The position numbers were made by a program, and so were the translations under genes. DNA of 64,000 bases from the human T2T-CHM13v2.0 reference genome, Homo sapiens. Below the pieces are notes generated by a model that was not told the DNA's origin, did no database searches, and was given only the letters and a program-made list of their open reading frames with translations. Numbering within the stretch: position 1 is the stretch's first letter; each line of letters begins with the position of its first letter. Shown here piece after piece: positions 1-19,630 of the stretch. The stretch is taken from NCBI RefSeq assembly GCF_009914755.1, contig NC_060941.1; one strand, given 5' to 3'.

Positions 1-282
1 GAGACGGAGTCTTGCTCTGTTGCCCAGGCTGGAGTGCCGTGACGCGATCTCAGCTCACTGCTAGCCCCGCCTCCCGGGTTCACGCCATTCTCCTGCCTCA
101 GCCTCCCGAGTGGCTGGGACTACAGGCGCCCGCCACCACGCCCGGATAATTTTTTGTACTTTTAGCAGAGATGGGGTTTCACCGTGTTAGCCAGGATGGT
201 CTCGATATCCTGACCTTGTGATCCGCCCACCTCAGCCTCCCAAAGTGCTGGAATTACAGGTGTGAGCCACTGCACCCAGCCG
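1..282 (-). mobile_element. Alu (AluY-like)
   Basis: Antisense dimeric Alu, CpG-rich. Confidence 0.95.
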
Positions 283-1069
283 GTAGTTTCTTTTTTTAAC
301 ATGCTCTTGATTTTTTAAAGAAAGGCTTTATAAAACTACCATGATGCCCCCCTCAGACTCACCTGACAATTTTTAACTCATCTGGCAGATGCTCTTTGAG
401 TTTAACCAGATTAGGGCAGAAACATTTGGGTAGACTGGGAAGGGACTTCAGGTAACTCTAAGGACTGAAAATGAATCTTGCTCTAACACTATTTTCCATA
501 ATGTAGAGTTTGGTATAAGGCAGGGTTATCTTGAATTCCATCCCACATGATTTGGCTACTGATTTGCACAATTCTTCTAAGAACTAGGTTACAGTTAGGG
601 GCCGGTGACTTGGACTTGGATTTTGTTTACTACCAGAGACTGTACAAGTGTGTCAGGAAATAAAAATCTCTTCTGTTAGTTGTAGTTGTCTGATCACGTA
701 ACACTGGGCTATTTATGGGACAAGTCAGTTAGCCAACAATGAGGTGTAGGGGAGTGCCAGTTATCTATTTTAGACTAGTGCAATGCTATAGAACACTTGA
801 GAAGTGTATTATTTAGGGCTTTTAGGCATTAAGGCTGGGATCACTGTAGACCCAATTTGACCCAAGACATCAAATTTCAGTGGTTGTGAGTTCACCAAAA
901 CACTTAGATAAAAGAGCTCTCTCCAGAAGCAATTCCACTTTATAATCAAACACTGGAAGTCACTTAACTGCACAATGTATTTTTTAATCAAATAAATCAT
1001 ATCGCAAGATTTTGGAAAACCAGAACAGATACCAAATCATGATTTTTGGATGAAGGATAAGGAATGGAT

Positions 1070-1400
<331 letters not shown>

Positions 1401-1619
1401 TTAAGTATATGGAAGAGTGATAAAAGAATGAAGAGAAGAATCTAGGTGTTAGTATTCCTAAGTAGTAAAGAGTAAGAAGTAGGCCCTCACCATAGCTCTC
1501 AATGAATATGTGAGTGATACCAACAGATACAAAAATTCTCTTGCATCTGCATTCATTAGGTGAATTGACTTCAGAGACAAAAGAAGGAAAGCTATGAAAA
1601 CTTTTATCTCCCCAGAGAC

Positions 1620-1860
1620 TCCTTCCCAGCCCACTCAAATAAAACGGCATTCTGGTCACTCTCTATCCTCTTAATCTGCTTTATTTTTCTTATCATTTAT
1701 CAATTCCTGATATTGATCATATATTTGCTTACTGACTTCCCACCAGGGTGAAATCACCATGAACACAATGACTTTGTTTTGTTCACCGTGCTTTCTCCTG
1801 GGTCTAGAACGGTACCTGGCACATAAGCATCATAATTTTTTTGTTGCATAAATAAATGTA
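1620..1860 (+). mobile_element. L2 3' fragment
   Basis: CTAGAACGGTACCTGGCACATA...TTGTTGCATAAAT L2 tail motif. Confidence 0.6.
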
Positions 1861-1978
1861 TACACACAATTTGACCGATTCTATTGGCTCTTTTCAAAGT
1901 TATAATTGAACAATATATCAGTATGAAACACCAAGGCATGAAAATGGAACAGATTTCCATTTAAATAATCAATTACAA

Positions 1979-2268
1979 TTTTTTTTTTTTTTGAGACGGA
2001 GTCTTGCTCTGTCGCCCAGACTGGAGTGCAGATATCTCAGCTCGCTGCAGGCTTTGCCTCCCGGGTTCAAGCAATTCTCCTGCCTCAGCCTCCCGAGTAG
2101 CTGGGACTACAGGCACACACCGCCACGCCCAGCTAAGTTTTGTATTTTTAGTAGAGATGGGGTTTCACCATGTTGGCCAGGATGGTCTTGGTCTCCTGAC
2201 CTCGTGATCTGCCCTCCTCGGCCTCCCAAAGTGCTGGGATTACAGGCGTGAGCCACCACGCTCGGCCA
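1979..2268 (-). mobile_element. Alu (AluS)
   Basis: Antisense dimer. Confidence 0.95.
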
Positions 2269-2916
2269 GGAGCACATCTTATTCACGACTGTGTCCCCAG
2301 TGTCTAGTACGGTGGCTTGCCTATGGAAAGTGGTCAAAAAATACTTGCGGAGCGAATAAATACACAAACAAATATTTAACATTCCCTGCTGGTCAAGCAT
2401 ATTTAGGAGCCTATTACTGTTTTAGGAAAGAAATACTGTGGTGATATACTATGCATGTAGGGGTATTAAAAAATGTCACTCTATTTTGCCTTAAATTTTA
2501 GATTATTTCTTAGTTTTCATCAAAGAGTAGAATGCTGAGCTCTTAGAATTTGTAGAATATTTTTATGATTCTAGTTATGAACATGCCATAATAATTATTT
2601 TCTAAAATAGCATCCCATTTGAAGGATAATAGCTGGTAAATACCAAGTGGCAATCACCTTATTTTGATAAATACAATATAGTTTCACTACACATAAGTGC
2701 TTTGATAGAGCTGGAGAGTAGATTCTGCTCACTGCTATTCAAAAGTGTAAAATAAAAGTACACTAACTAGTACAGAGTCATTTTTATTTTACTGTTAAAC
2801 TGAAAATTATCTATATGTGAAATATGAGATGACTTACTGAGATTATCATTATAAATTCTAAACACCCAGTTTAGGAAAAAACCAACTGTTCTCCCAGTTA
2901 CGTGAATAACACCTAG

Positions 2917-3228
<312 letters not shown>

Positions 3229-4279
3229 GTTAAGTAGTATTTTTCTTCATACATGTCACAACTCTTCACCCCATTATCAGGCTATGTCCACATGCCTGAT
3301 ATGAGTAGCATTCATCTAACCGGCATTCATCCTTCTAACTGGCATTCATCTAGCCATCGAACGCTACTCTGCATCTACAAAGACTGTACCTCTGTCCCCA
3401 GTACCCGCCATCTTCTGCTTATTTACGGGCAGCTCCAATTTCAGTGCGTGATGCTCAGACAAGGGAAGTAGTTTGTTCTTTGGTAAATCATCACAGGGGA
3501 TTCTCTAAAGACTGGGAAATGGATTCACAATCTTATTTTTAGGCCAAAGATGAGAACTATTTGAGCTCGGCTGAGTTGCACTCTGTGTTCACAGACATTT
3601 CAGAACAACCTAAGACAGCCCTGGATGCAGAACCCTGTACTTTCTGAAGGCATAAAGCACCTACCTCAACCTTATATATCTGGATATACCCATGGGCTTG
3701 GAGAGCCAAATAAATCAGTCGGGCCCTCAGGCACTTGTTAATAAAAGTTTCAAAGTCTAATAGCTCATAATGTTACAGGCTTACTGAAAACCATAAAAAT
3801 GAATGTCCACCACATAAATAAATGATATAAGTGAGTGGGATTTGGAATAATTTTGTCTCAGTCATAAATATCTTTTCTCAGATGCTTTTCCTTTCTAAAA
3901 GTAAAATATAAACTATAACAAAGAAAAACATTACTCTCTCTCTGAAGACTTGTAGAACACTGTGACCAAGGTCTTGCCCTAGCTAAACTGCAGTGGAGAG
4001 TAGTGTCTGACATTAGAAGGCCCACTGTGTATCTGCCAACTCAGTGAATGAATTCTAGTGTGGGGTGGGAGTAGGGGGTTAATATGAATAATATTATGCA
4101 TAATATGAATAATATGAATCCAGCAGATTTGGTCTGCTGGATTCATATGTATAATTTAAAGCATTTTGTAATTCCGATTCTCCATCCTACCCCCCATCCC
4201 AGGGCCAAAGTCTCTAAACTGGGGTTAAACTTTTAGAGATGATGCTGAACTCACCTAAATACGGTTCTGCCAAAGACAG

Positions 4280-4440
4280 CCTGTTAAGCCTCTCTGTGCC
4301 TCAGTTTTCTTATTTGTACAATGGGAATAATAATACTTATGCCCCTTAGGGGGCTGCTGTAAGAATGAATTAGTTTTATGTACATACCTAAAACAGTATC
4401 TAGCTAAGAGCAGGTGCTCTGTAAGTACTCACTACTGTTC
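4280..4440 (+). mobile_element. MIR
   Basis: Core CTCTGTGCCTCAGTTTTCTTATTTGTACAATGGGAATAATAA. Confidence 0.75.
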
Positions 4441-4579
4441 TTACTGTTACCTTAAACTTACAAAACCGGCTTCTTTCTCCCATCTCTAATTTTAACTCAA
4501 TTTAATAAACTTTCCAAAAATCAATCCTCCACAAATAGCTCTTGCTATCCTTCTCCTTAACCAATATCCTCCAGTATAA

Positions 4580-5228
<649 letters not shown>

Positions 5229-5455
5229 CCTTTTAAAAGATGGCATTCCTATTTCTTAATCAATTTCACTGGCACAAGGACTTCTGCAGACAGGAACTCT
5301 TGGGAGGTGGTGGTGGAAAGGCACCATGAAGTCTGTTCTCTCATCTTTGAATGAAAGAATGGAGAATTGTGAAGGGTGAGGGTGGTACAGTAACAGCAAG
5401 GCTTTGATTTTGCCCTATGCATACTAAACTCTTAAAAAAAAAAGAAAAAAGAAGA

Positions 5456-5770
<315 letters not shown>

Positions 5771-6189
5771 CTATTCCATTCCTTCTAATATGTTGTTGAA
5801 CAGAGAGGACTAAGCCAGCAGGGAGCCATGCCTTTACCTATTCCTTCCAAGGACATATCTGACTTTTAATAATTAAAGTACAAAAAACAACTAATGAAAT
5901 TTGAAGTTTTCATTTATTATACTGCTTTATGAATTATTAGCAACAAATATTTCAATTCATCTAATAAATAAAAATAAACTTCAGAAATAGGATAAGAAAT
6001 AAATAACATTTATCAGTGTTATTATTATCCCCCATCCAGATTTAAGAGCTAGCTAAGCACTTAGTATATTACTTATAACAAGTGCTTTTATGAATCTACT
6101 CTTTATCCTAAATCCCTCAGACGTAGGCACTATTATTATCCCCGTTATGGATGAGGAAATTGAGGGTCATCAAGATTAAGTAGAATTGT

Positions 6190-7142
<953 letters not shown>

Positions 7143-7545
7143 AGAAAGAGGTGAAACACTTGCTCCAGGGTCGGTCCATACTACTAAGGGGTACTATCTG
7201 GGCTGGACCTACCTGAGAACCTGCACTTACTTGCACCACTGCACCAGGCTGCATGCATGTTGAGGACTTAAGGTGGTTTGCCATTTTCTATGTACTTTTC
7301 TGCCTGTTTGTTATATTTCATAATTTAAAGAGAGCAAAGAATGAAAAATTAAAGTAAGAAACCTAATACTGAGGGGCTCTGATTTTGGCAAAGGCTAGGG
7401 CTGGGTGACAGATCAAAGAGATGACGTTTAAACATTGCTTCTGATCTGAAAAGTACAAGGCAAGGAGCCAGGGTTCAAAACTGTTAAACCTATCAGCTCC
7501 AGTGAATGACTAAGGATTCTGTACAGAATATAAAGAGCAAGTTCC

Positions 7546-7845
<300 letters not shown>

Positions 7846-7925
7846 GAGCAAATTCCCTAATTATGTTTACTGCTTTCTGTTGATACCAACATTATTAAAT
7901 ATATTAAATGGTGGTGGTCACCTAG

Positions 7926-8230
<305 letters not shown>

Positions 8231-9160
8231 TAGTATAGCGATTTTGAGGGACGGAAAAATATTCAATAGCAGCAATAAAGGATTAAGACTTCATTCATAT
8301 TAAAATTGGACTAATATCAAGTAAGAAGGCTATCACATCTAGAAGCAGGTTAATACCAGAGCCATCTGCTCTTTAATTTTTTTTTTCTAAATACTACCCT
8401 ATATGCAATCAGGAAGCCAATTCTCTTTTTAAAAAATCACATTATTAAACAGATGGGAAGAGAACAGAAAGAATAAAAGCATTTGGCTCACAAAGAAGCA
8501 AACAAGGAAAAATGTGCCCAGGCAACATAGAGATGATAGTATTCTGGGAAGACAATCCGCCATTAATCTTTATGTCACAGCCAAATCACTGCATATTACA
8601 ATAGGAAGAACAGAGAATGGAGGAGGGGAAAAGGGTAAGGGAGGGAATAAAGGAGAAGGTAGAGAAAGGATCTACTTACTAAATATAAAAATCAGGTTTC
8701 AATCAGCAGGTTACTATATATTTAAAACTCTCATCTAAATATAGGATATAAAGTCTTGGCCAAAGATGCACAATCTCAAAAATAAAGAGAGTAGACTCAG
8801 ACAAGGATCATCACAGCTACTAAAACCATTAGGTGATAGTTGTTGGGGAACAGCATTTAGTCTCAAAGTACTACTCACATATTACTTATTATTCAAAGGG
8901 GAAAAGGTGCATTTCTGTGGATAAATCTGGCGGACAATGCCTTAACCGAGTGATCAAACATCCCCAATCATGGCATAAACTGACATTATGTGCCTCCAGA
9001 TATGATTTGCTGAAAAGAATACACAAACTAAATCATGAAGAAACAATCAGACAAATCCAAATTGTGAGACTCTAATCAATGATCCCACCCCCCACCCAAA
9101 ACAGGTGGAACTGTTCTAGGTTAAAGGAGACTGAAGAGACACAACCAAGAGCGTAATTCA

Positions 9161-9860
<700 letters not shown>

Positions 9861-10560
9861 CCCACAGCTCTAAAGGCCATTATATCATTATATATTAGAT
9901 ATTACTTTATCACTGCTAAATTTCTTGAGAGTGACAATGGCATTCAGGTTGCGTAGAAGAATGCCCTTGCTGGGAGTAGATACACTGTCAAGTATTTGAG
10001 GGTAAATGGCCATGTCGTCTGCATCTTACTTTGGCAGGAGAAACGGAAGAGTGACAGTGGTGGGGAGTGTGGGAAAGTAAATCTAACAACTGTGAACACT
10101 GGCTCAACCTAGGTGAAGTATATGCGAGTACTCATTGTTCTATTCTTTCCACTTTTAAGTCATGTACACTTTTTTCAAAATCAAAATGAAGGGCAAACAT
10201 TCCAAAAAAGAAAAACAAAGCAATGAAAGCAGAGGTTTGACTCTCACTTTGAAACTGTCCCTGGTGGTCAATAAAAATCTGGACTTCTTAGGCGTTGTGC
10301 TGCAGCTTGCAGGCCACCAGCATGCAAGTTGGGCTCTCTTGTGCCATGGTGGCCCACAGTGTACATGTGTTATCATTATCTCCATGTCCAAATCCATGGA
10401 GATAATGGATTTGCGATCCCTTTGGGAAGAAGCTACATCTGTATCACTTTCCAGATGACTAAAAGCACTTGCTGTAGCCCAAAATTAATGACCATCTGCA
10501 TTACGGAAAAATAAGAAATGATTTGAAGCTGCCATGTAGTCCTATCTTACCTTCAGAATT

Positions 10561-10882
10561 TTTTTCTTTCTTTTCTTTTCTTTTTTTTTTTTTGAGACAG
10601 GGTCTCACTCTGTCACTCAGGCTGAAGTGCTATGGCGTAATCACTGCTCACTGCAGTCTCAACCTCCTGGGTTCAGGTGATCCTCCTCCCTTAGCCCCCT
10701 GAGTAGCTGGGACCACAGGTGTGTGCCACCATGCCCGGCTAATTTTTTTTTTTTTTTTTTTAGAGATGGGGTCTTGCTATGTTGCCCAGGCTGGTCATGA
10801 ACTCCTGGGCTCAAGTGATCCTCTTACCTCGGCCTCCCAAAGTGCTGGGATGACAAGTGTGAGCCACCACACCCAGCCAGCC
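10561..10882 (-). mobile_element. Alu (AluJ)
   Basis: Antisense dimer. Confidence 0.93.
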
Positions 10883-11381
10883 TCAGAATTTCTAGTGAAG
10901 GTTTATATTTGTACTGTAATTCAAGATCAACTCATCTTAGAATCTGTCTCTTGGACAATTCAAATCTTTTAGTTCAGGAAAAAAACTCCTCAGCTACTAC
11001 AATACCCTGTTTCTATACTGCTTAAATGAAATATAATCCCTTTCCTCTTGTTTGAAAGTTAAAAACAAACAAAACAGGCAATTTATTAATAAATCCACAC
11101 ATGTTACCAATATTTTCCCTATTAAAGTTCATGGCCTCCCTCTTACCATTGAGAATTACAGTGTTTAGTTTCTACCTAGCAAAATTTTCTTTGACAAGTG
11201 CCTTGATTCAGGCCAATTCCCAGGGATATATACCGTCGGGACAAACAGAAATAACCAAAATGTCCAAAATAGGGGGATGATTAGACTATAATGTATTAAT
11301 CTAATGGGATATGGTGCAACCAGTTAAATGAAATATAAAAGCTATGTTGAAATATAAAAACCATGTAGACGCATTTTTAAA

Positions 11382-12446
<1,065 letters not shown>

Positions 12447-12780
12447 GTAGACACATTTTTTTAGAGTAGAAATAAAAGAATGTTAAATGAAAAGTGTATG
12501 CAACACGTATGCAAGAGGGCAAATAGAGAAAGGTCAAAGAGAAGTGTAAACAGTTGTTACATTTAGGTGAAGGGGCTTTTTGGTACAATTTTTGTAAAGT
12601 TTTTGATTAAATTGTGTTTAAAATGTAAAACTTAAGATATAAATTTAATAATCAATGGGGAATTGGTACTACTGACTATCCCACAGGAACCAAGTTTAAA
12701 GAGACATAAAACACAGGAAGAAATATTTCCTAACATGATAATATCCAGGTTATGACACTGTCTTACCTGGGCAGCCTTGA

Positions 12781-12897
12781 TTTAAGTAGAACATTCAGAA
12801 TTATAAAGTAAAAATTCAGAATTATAAAAAAATTTTAATTTTAAGTAGAACATTCAGAATTATAAAGTAAAAATTCAGAATTATAAAAAAATTTTTT
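12781..12897. repeat. 59-bp AT-rich tandem duplication with internal ~21-bp subrepeat
   Basis: TTTAAGTAGAACATTCAGAATTATAAAGTAAAAATTCAGAATTATAAAAAAATTTT occurs twice. Confidence 0.9.
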
Positions 12898-13134
12898 TTA
12901 AAATGCAATTCTTTCACTTTCAAATATATAGTGCCTTAAATGTGTTTTCAAATAGTGATTTAAGACTGTTAATAGCAGATTAATTTGTAATTCTGACATA
13001 TATTTATATATATTAGTGGCCCTCTTTCATCTTTGATGTGACTAAGCAAACTTGTACCAACTGTAAATAGAACGAAATACACAGAAAGTCACTCACAACG
13101 GTACCAGAATTTCTTTAAAATAAAAAACTTTCTA

Positions 13135-13290
13135 GCTGGGCATGGTGACTCACTTCTGCAGTCCAAGCTACTCAGGAGGCTGAGACAGGAGCGCTCCCAG
13201 GAGGTCAAGGCTGCAGTGAGCTATGATCACGCCGCTATGCTCAAGCCTGAGCCACAAAGTGAGACCCCATTTCTAAACACAAACAAACAC
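13135..13290 (+). mobile_element. Alu right monomer/FRAM-like
   Basis: Single diverged monomer. Confidence 0.8.
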
Positions 13291-14152
13291 ATCCCTTACC
13301 TCTAATCACATACCTGAACACAACTGGCTTACGTGAAGGCCGTTGACAGTTCAAGAGTAACAATTCAAGGTGTCTAGAAAGCTATCATTACAAGAGCAGA
13401 TCACAGGAAACCTCAGCTGTTGGTTCCTAACTTCGCTCCTACTCAAAGGCCAACAGAACCGGGGAGAAATCTTCCTGTTTTGTTGATATCAATTTATTTT
13501 GTGCCAAGAACCTATACCTAAAACCAACGCAGGGTTTGTATTCCCCCTGGATTCTTCATTACCCCAGGAAAGTGGAACAGATCAGACCAGTTTCCAAGAA
13601 CAGAAGCACTGCAGGGCAATCTTGCTAAGGGGGCCCTGAGATGTTTCTCTCTGTACTAATCTCTATGTCTTTTATGTACATCAACACAAACCTTCACCCA
13701 ACCATCTCTGCCATCAACAGCAAATCTAGGGAAGAGACCAATAATACCTTAGAAAAGCACACCTATCCACCGAACCAAAACTAAATACAGAAGGATATGG
13801 CAGTTTGCCCCGTTTTCCAGGTAGCTGTGTTCTCTTAATTTGCCATGAATTAAAATGTTTCATTTTTACTTAGACATAACTTGAATATGTCATTTCAAAT
13901 AACAAAATAAAAACTGAACTGAATATGTTTTAGTTAAAACAATACAAAACTGAAATCTCCTCTTTTAAGAGAGAAACGCTTCATCAGCTGGTTAGTTCCC
14001 TTGTTTGCTTACTGGGTGATATGAAACCCAACTACAGCTTTCCAAAAATAATCCCAAGTTGTGGGGTGTCCTACTACCTGTGTTTAAGTAAAACAAGTCC
14101 TGCAGAAAAAGTGGATCCAACGAGTAGCAGGTTTGTTAAGAAGCTAAATCTT

Positions 14153-14785
<633 letters not shown>

Positions 14786-15149
14786 TTATTCTAATTCTGA
14801 GAAGAAATGACATTTAATAAGAGCTCATGTCTTAGCAAATCAAAATGTTTGTCCTGCTGGGGAAAAAAAAAAAACAACAACGGTTATCCAGGTATAAAAA
14901 GCAATTACCAGGACATTTAACATTAAGATGAACTAAAATTGTGCACAAAATAATTGTCCACATTTACTACAGCACTCATAGTGGGAGTAAATAAAATGCA
15001 ATTACTTTTGCTAAAGCAACCTACTTTTTCTGGTAACAGACCGTCTCTCACTATACCTCTAATAGTAGATCTACACACAACTTAGCATGGTGTAGGAACT
15101 TGAGTGCATGCTCCTACAGCACACAACAGATGCACTGAAAGGCTCCCAC

Positions 15150-15362
15150 CTCTTAACTAACAGCTTATGCTGCAAGGCATCAGCCAGGATAACGGCAGAG
15201 CCCTTCTGTGTATGTGTTCTTTCACAGGCGGCACTGTTACCGGAAGAAGCGAAGAGCAGCGATTTCCTTCCAAAAGGTCAGCTGCCTCAGACAGACCAAA
15301 CAGAAAGCAGCGAATTCTTGCCAACTTCCCCTCCTGCTTCTGCAGCTAGTACGCAATAGCAT
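15150..15362 (-). promoter_or_regulatory. Paralog of the STAT5A promoter/leader core; candidate alternative STAT5B promoter/first exon
   Basis: 15302-15234(-) aligns to 54921-54992(+) at 59/69 identities plus one 3-nt gap. Candidate donor AG|GTGGGA at 15150/15149. Local CpG retention in an otherwise CpG-poor intron. Confidence 0.7.
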
Positions 15363-15596
15363 TTAGTTTCCAGTAAAGCTCCAGATAAAAACAAAGCAAA
15401 TGTGAGACCCAGAATCTACACAATGTCAGTGTCTCGCTTGACTGAACGAAGGGCAGTAAGATCATATGGAGCTACGCTTTTTCAACGTGGTGGAAGTGTT
15501 AGGAAGGTGAGATTAAACATGAAGAAAAGGTCAGGACTGGAACCATCCAGATTTTATACCAATGTCCAGAAGTCTCCATCTAAAAATAAGATGGTA

Positions 15597-15945
<349 letters not shown>

Positions 15946-16154
15946 CTAGTCAACTGATAAAAAAAGAATAAATTTTGAACTTATTCTCAAAATAAAGTCA
16001 AGTCAGTCATTCTGCAACATGCTAGGGCACAGGCAAGGTTCAATGCTGACAACCAGTAGATATATATACAATGAATATATAAGTTTCTTAGATTAGACAT
16101 GGAGAAAAGACTGTAAAACACATAACAAAAAGGGGAAGAGGATAGAAAATATAA

Positions 16155-16458
<304 letters not shown>

Positions 16459-17129
16459 TAAATTAAGAGAGTGTTAAACTACATGAAAGCCTACGCATTC
16501 AATCTTCCCAGAGGAGCAAAATTAGACCCTTTTGAGTATAAAAGTGAAGGAGAAGGAAGGGAAAATGATGATTTTAAACATTTTTCTCAACCAGATCGGT
16601 TCCCGGCTTAACTATCTACACAAAACTTGCGAGAAAATGTTACGAGCTCCTACCCCATGTCGTTGGCTCTATGTGGTTTCTAACTCGTTAGTTTCAGGTT
16701 GTGGTGGCAACAGAGACACCAGGCTTTTTGTGAGACAAGCTCTTGTTCTAAAATGTCTGGGCTTTGATGATGGAGAGTATTTTAACCCCACTCTGAGAAT
16801 ACCTAGTTTGAAATGAAGATAGTATGGAGTTCAAGGAAAAACGTATTAGTTTGTTATGTTAAATTAAGCCACCCACACACCCACACTAGAAACTGTTTTG
16901 TGTTGGAAACAAAATAAATGACTTCATTTCCAAGCCCTTCCTATACTTCATCACCAAACCTTAAATAATAGCAAAGGAATAAGCATGGGAAATGAGAAAA
17001 ATAAAGTACTAGCAGCAGTAGTAATAGAATTATAATAACAGTAGTAGTAATAAATATTCAAGGAGTTTTGTCCACCTTCGGAGCTCAGGCTGTGAACCAC
17101 AGTGGTTTACTTATTGAAAATCATCACGA

Positions 17130-17436
<307 letters not shown>

Positions 17437-18204
17437 CTAGTCAAATGAGTTTCTCCTGACAGTGATACCTGCAGTTTAACTCCTTTATAACACGAGCCAC
17501 AAAATGAATTATCATAAAATGCAATTCACAAATGAATACAAAAAGATTATTTGACAATCCAAAAAAAAAGGCTTTAAATAAGACTCCCTTCCCTGAGGGT
17601 TAGCACTAAGAAGACAAACCTTCAAGCACAACCAAAGGATGCCATATTTGGGGGGTGGGGGTTCACCTTCATTCTTTTAAATCAATCAGAAATTAGCCAA
17701 AAGCTTTAGATTGTAAAAGTGAGTGGGAGGAGAATAACGAGAACTGTCCTGGGCTTGGGTAACTTTCCCATAAGGCCAAAACCTAGATCCTGACCACTTG
17801 TGGTCAGAATTAGCAATGCAACATTTCCTATAAGAAGCTGAGTTGTTAACTTTGTTAAACTTGTTCGCAAATTCCTTAAGGGGCTTCCATTAGTTACATT
17901 ATTATCCATCACCAATATTTATCACAGAACATCTGAAACTTAGGCTTTCTAATGGCAGAAAACATTTTACATACAGGGGGAAATGTCATTAATAGAAATG
18001 AGAAAGCAACTTGTAAAACACCCCAGTGTGTAAGACAGGATAACAAAGGATACTGAAGTTAGCTGCCATCTGGATACCTGTTCACATGATACCTATAACT
18101 AAACAGCAACTTACCTGATGCTACTGTGCATTGGGTTGGAGACAAGGTATACATGATAAATTCCTACTATAATTAATAAATGTTCAAATGAAAATATACA
18201 AATA

Positions 18205-18602
<398 letters not shown>

Positions 18603-19594
18603 TCAAGAAATAGACACTCTGATACAGAAGGCAACTTCTGAATTTAACAGTGCTGTGCGATATATCAAGGGGAAATTTGGGACAAGGATGCCTGGCAGTT
18701 CCACAAGCCTAGGAAAAGTGCCTCAAACAATCTTTAACACCTTTAGGTAGAAATAGAATCAGTACAATATTTGTATCCAATGTCTTTGATCATTTTGATA
18801 ATCTTATTTTTAAAAGATGGGATGTTTTCCTCCTCTAGAATTAGAATTTACCCTACACTCTGGACATAAGAACCAAGGCAACTAAGTTATCTGCTGGCCA
18901 ACTAATAGACTGTAAGCCATCCTGGAGCAAGGACCATGTCTCTCTGATTCATTTTGATTTCCCCAATATAGTACTTGATATACATGGTTGGTATTTAGTA
19001 ATTGTGTATTGAATACAATTTTTATAGACCTCCATGTTACAAAAAGGACCTAAATTGGGGGAAATGGATGGTAGGTCAGTTATTTCCTTCAGGATATTTT
19101 TAACACTGTGGAGGTCATTAATCTGAATCCTTATTACAGGAATAATGGGAGTGAATCACACTTTATAGAAACCATGACGGAGGTTTTGACTCATCATTGG
19201 TGCTAATCAAGGTAAACATAATAGCAAGTTGTGCCACCCTCATAAACATCGTGACAAGTTTGTAAAATAGAGCTAACACTTTATTGCAGCAATTTCAAAG
19301 AGAAGAATTACATGAAATATGATGATGCTAAGATGAGCTAAAATTCCAAAGAAAGGATCTTCTCTAAGCAAACTAACCTTTCTTTTAATTATATCTCAAG
19401 AAAGAAGCTGAGTATAAACGAAAAGCACATTTGTCAACAATTCACTCATTCAGTTACCATGTATGCCACTAACTACAATCCAGAAAGATTTATGATTGTG
19501 CCAAAACAAGATGATGAGGTTCTATACCCAGAATGTAGATTAATGTTAGAAGGATGACTCAGGACTTATGGCATCAGTCTGATAGACGTTGAAC

Positions 19595-19595
<1 letters not shown>

Positions 19596-19625
<30 letters not shown>

Positions 19626-19630
19626 TTTTT
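19596..19630. repeat. (TTTC)n microsatellite
   Basis: About 7 tandem TTTC units. Confidence 0.9.

Noticed and set aside
1991-2400. Alu-derived ORFs (LECSG..., [12 protein letters not shown]..., recurring throughout the window)
   Set aside because: Standard Alu translation frames, not genes.
15108-15359. Plus-strand ORF containing SSDFLPKGQLP, similar to the minus ORF 54534-55133 (SSDFLLKGQLP)
   Set aside because: These are antisense translations of the paralogous DNA element. The similarity is real at DNA level but does not indicate a protein on these strands.
18108-18120. Perfect minus-strand donor CAG|GTAAGT (similar ones near 10546 and 12764)
   Set aside because: No convincing matching acceptor or exon identified; such motifs are expected by chance in a 43-kb intron.
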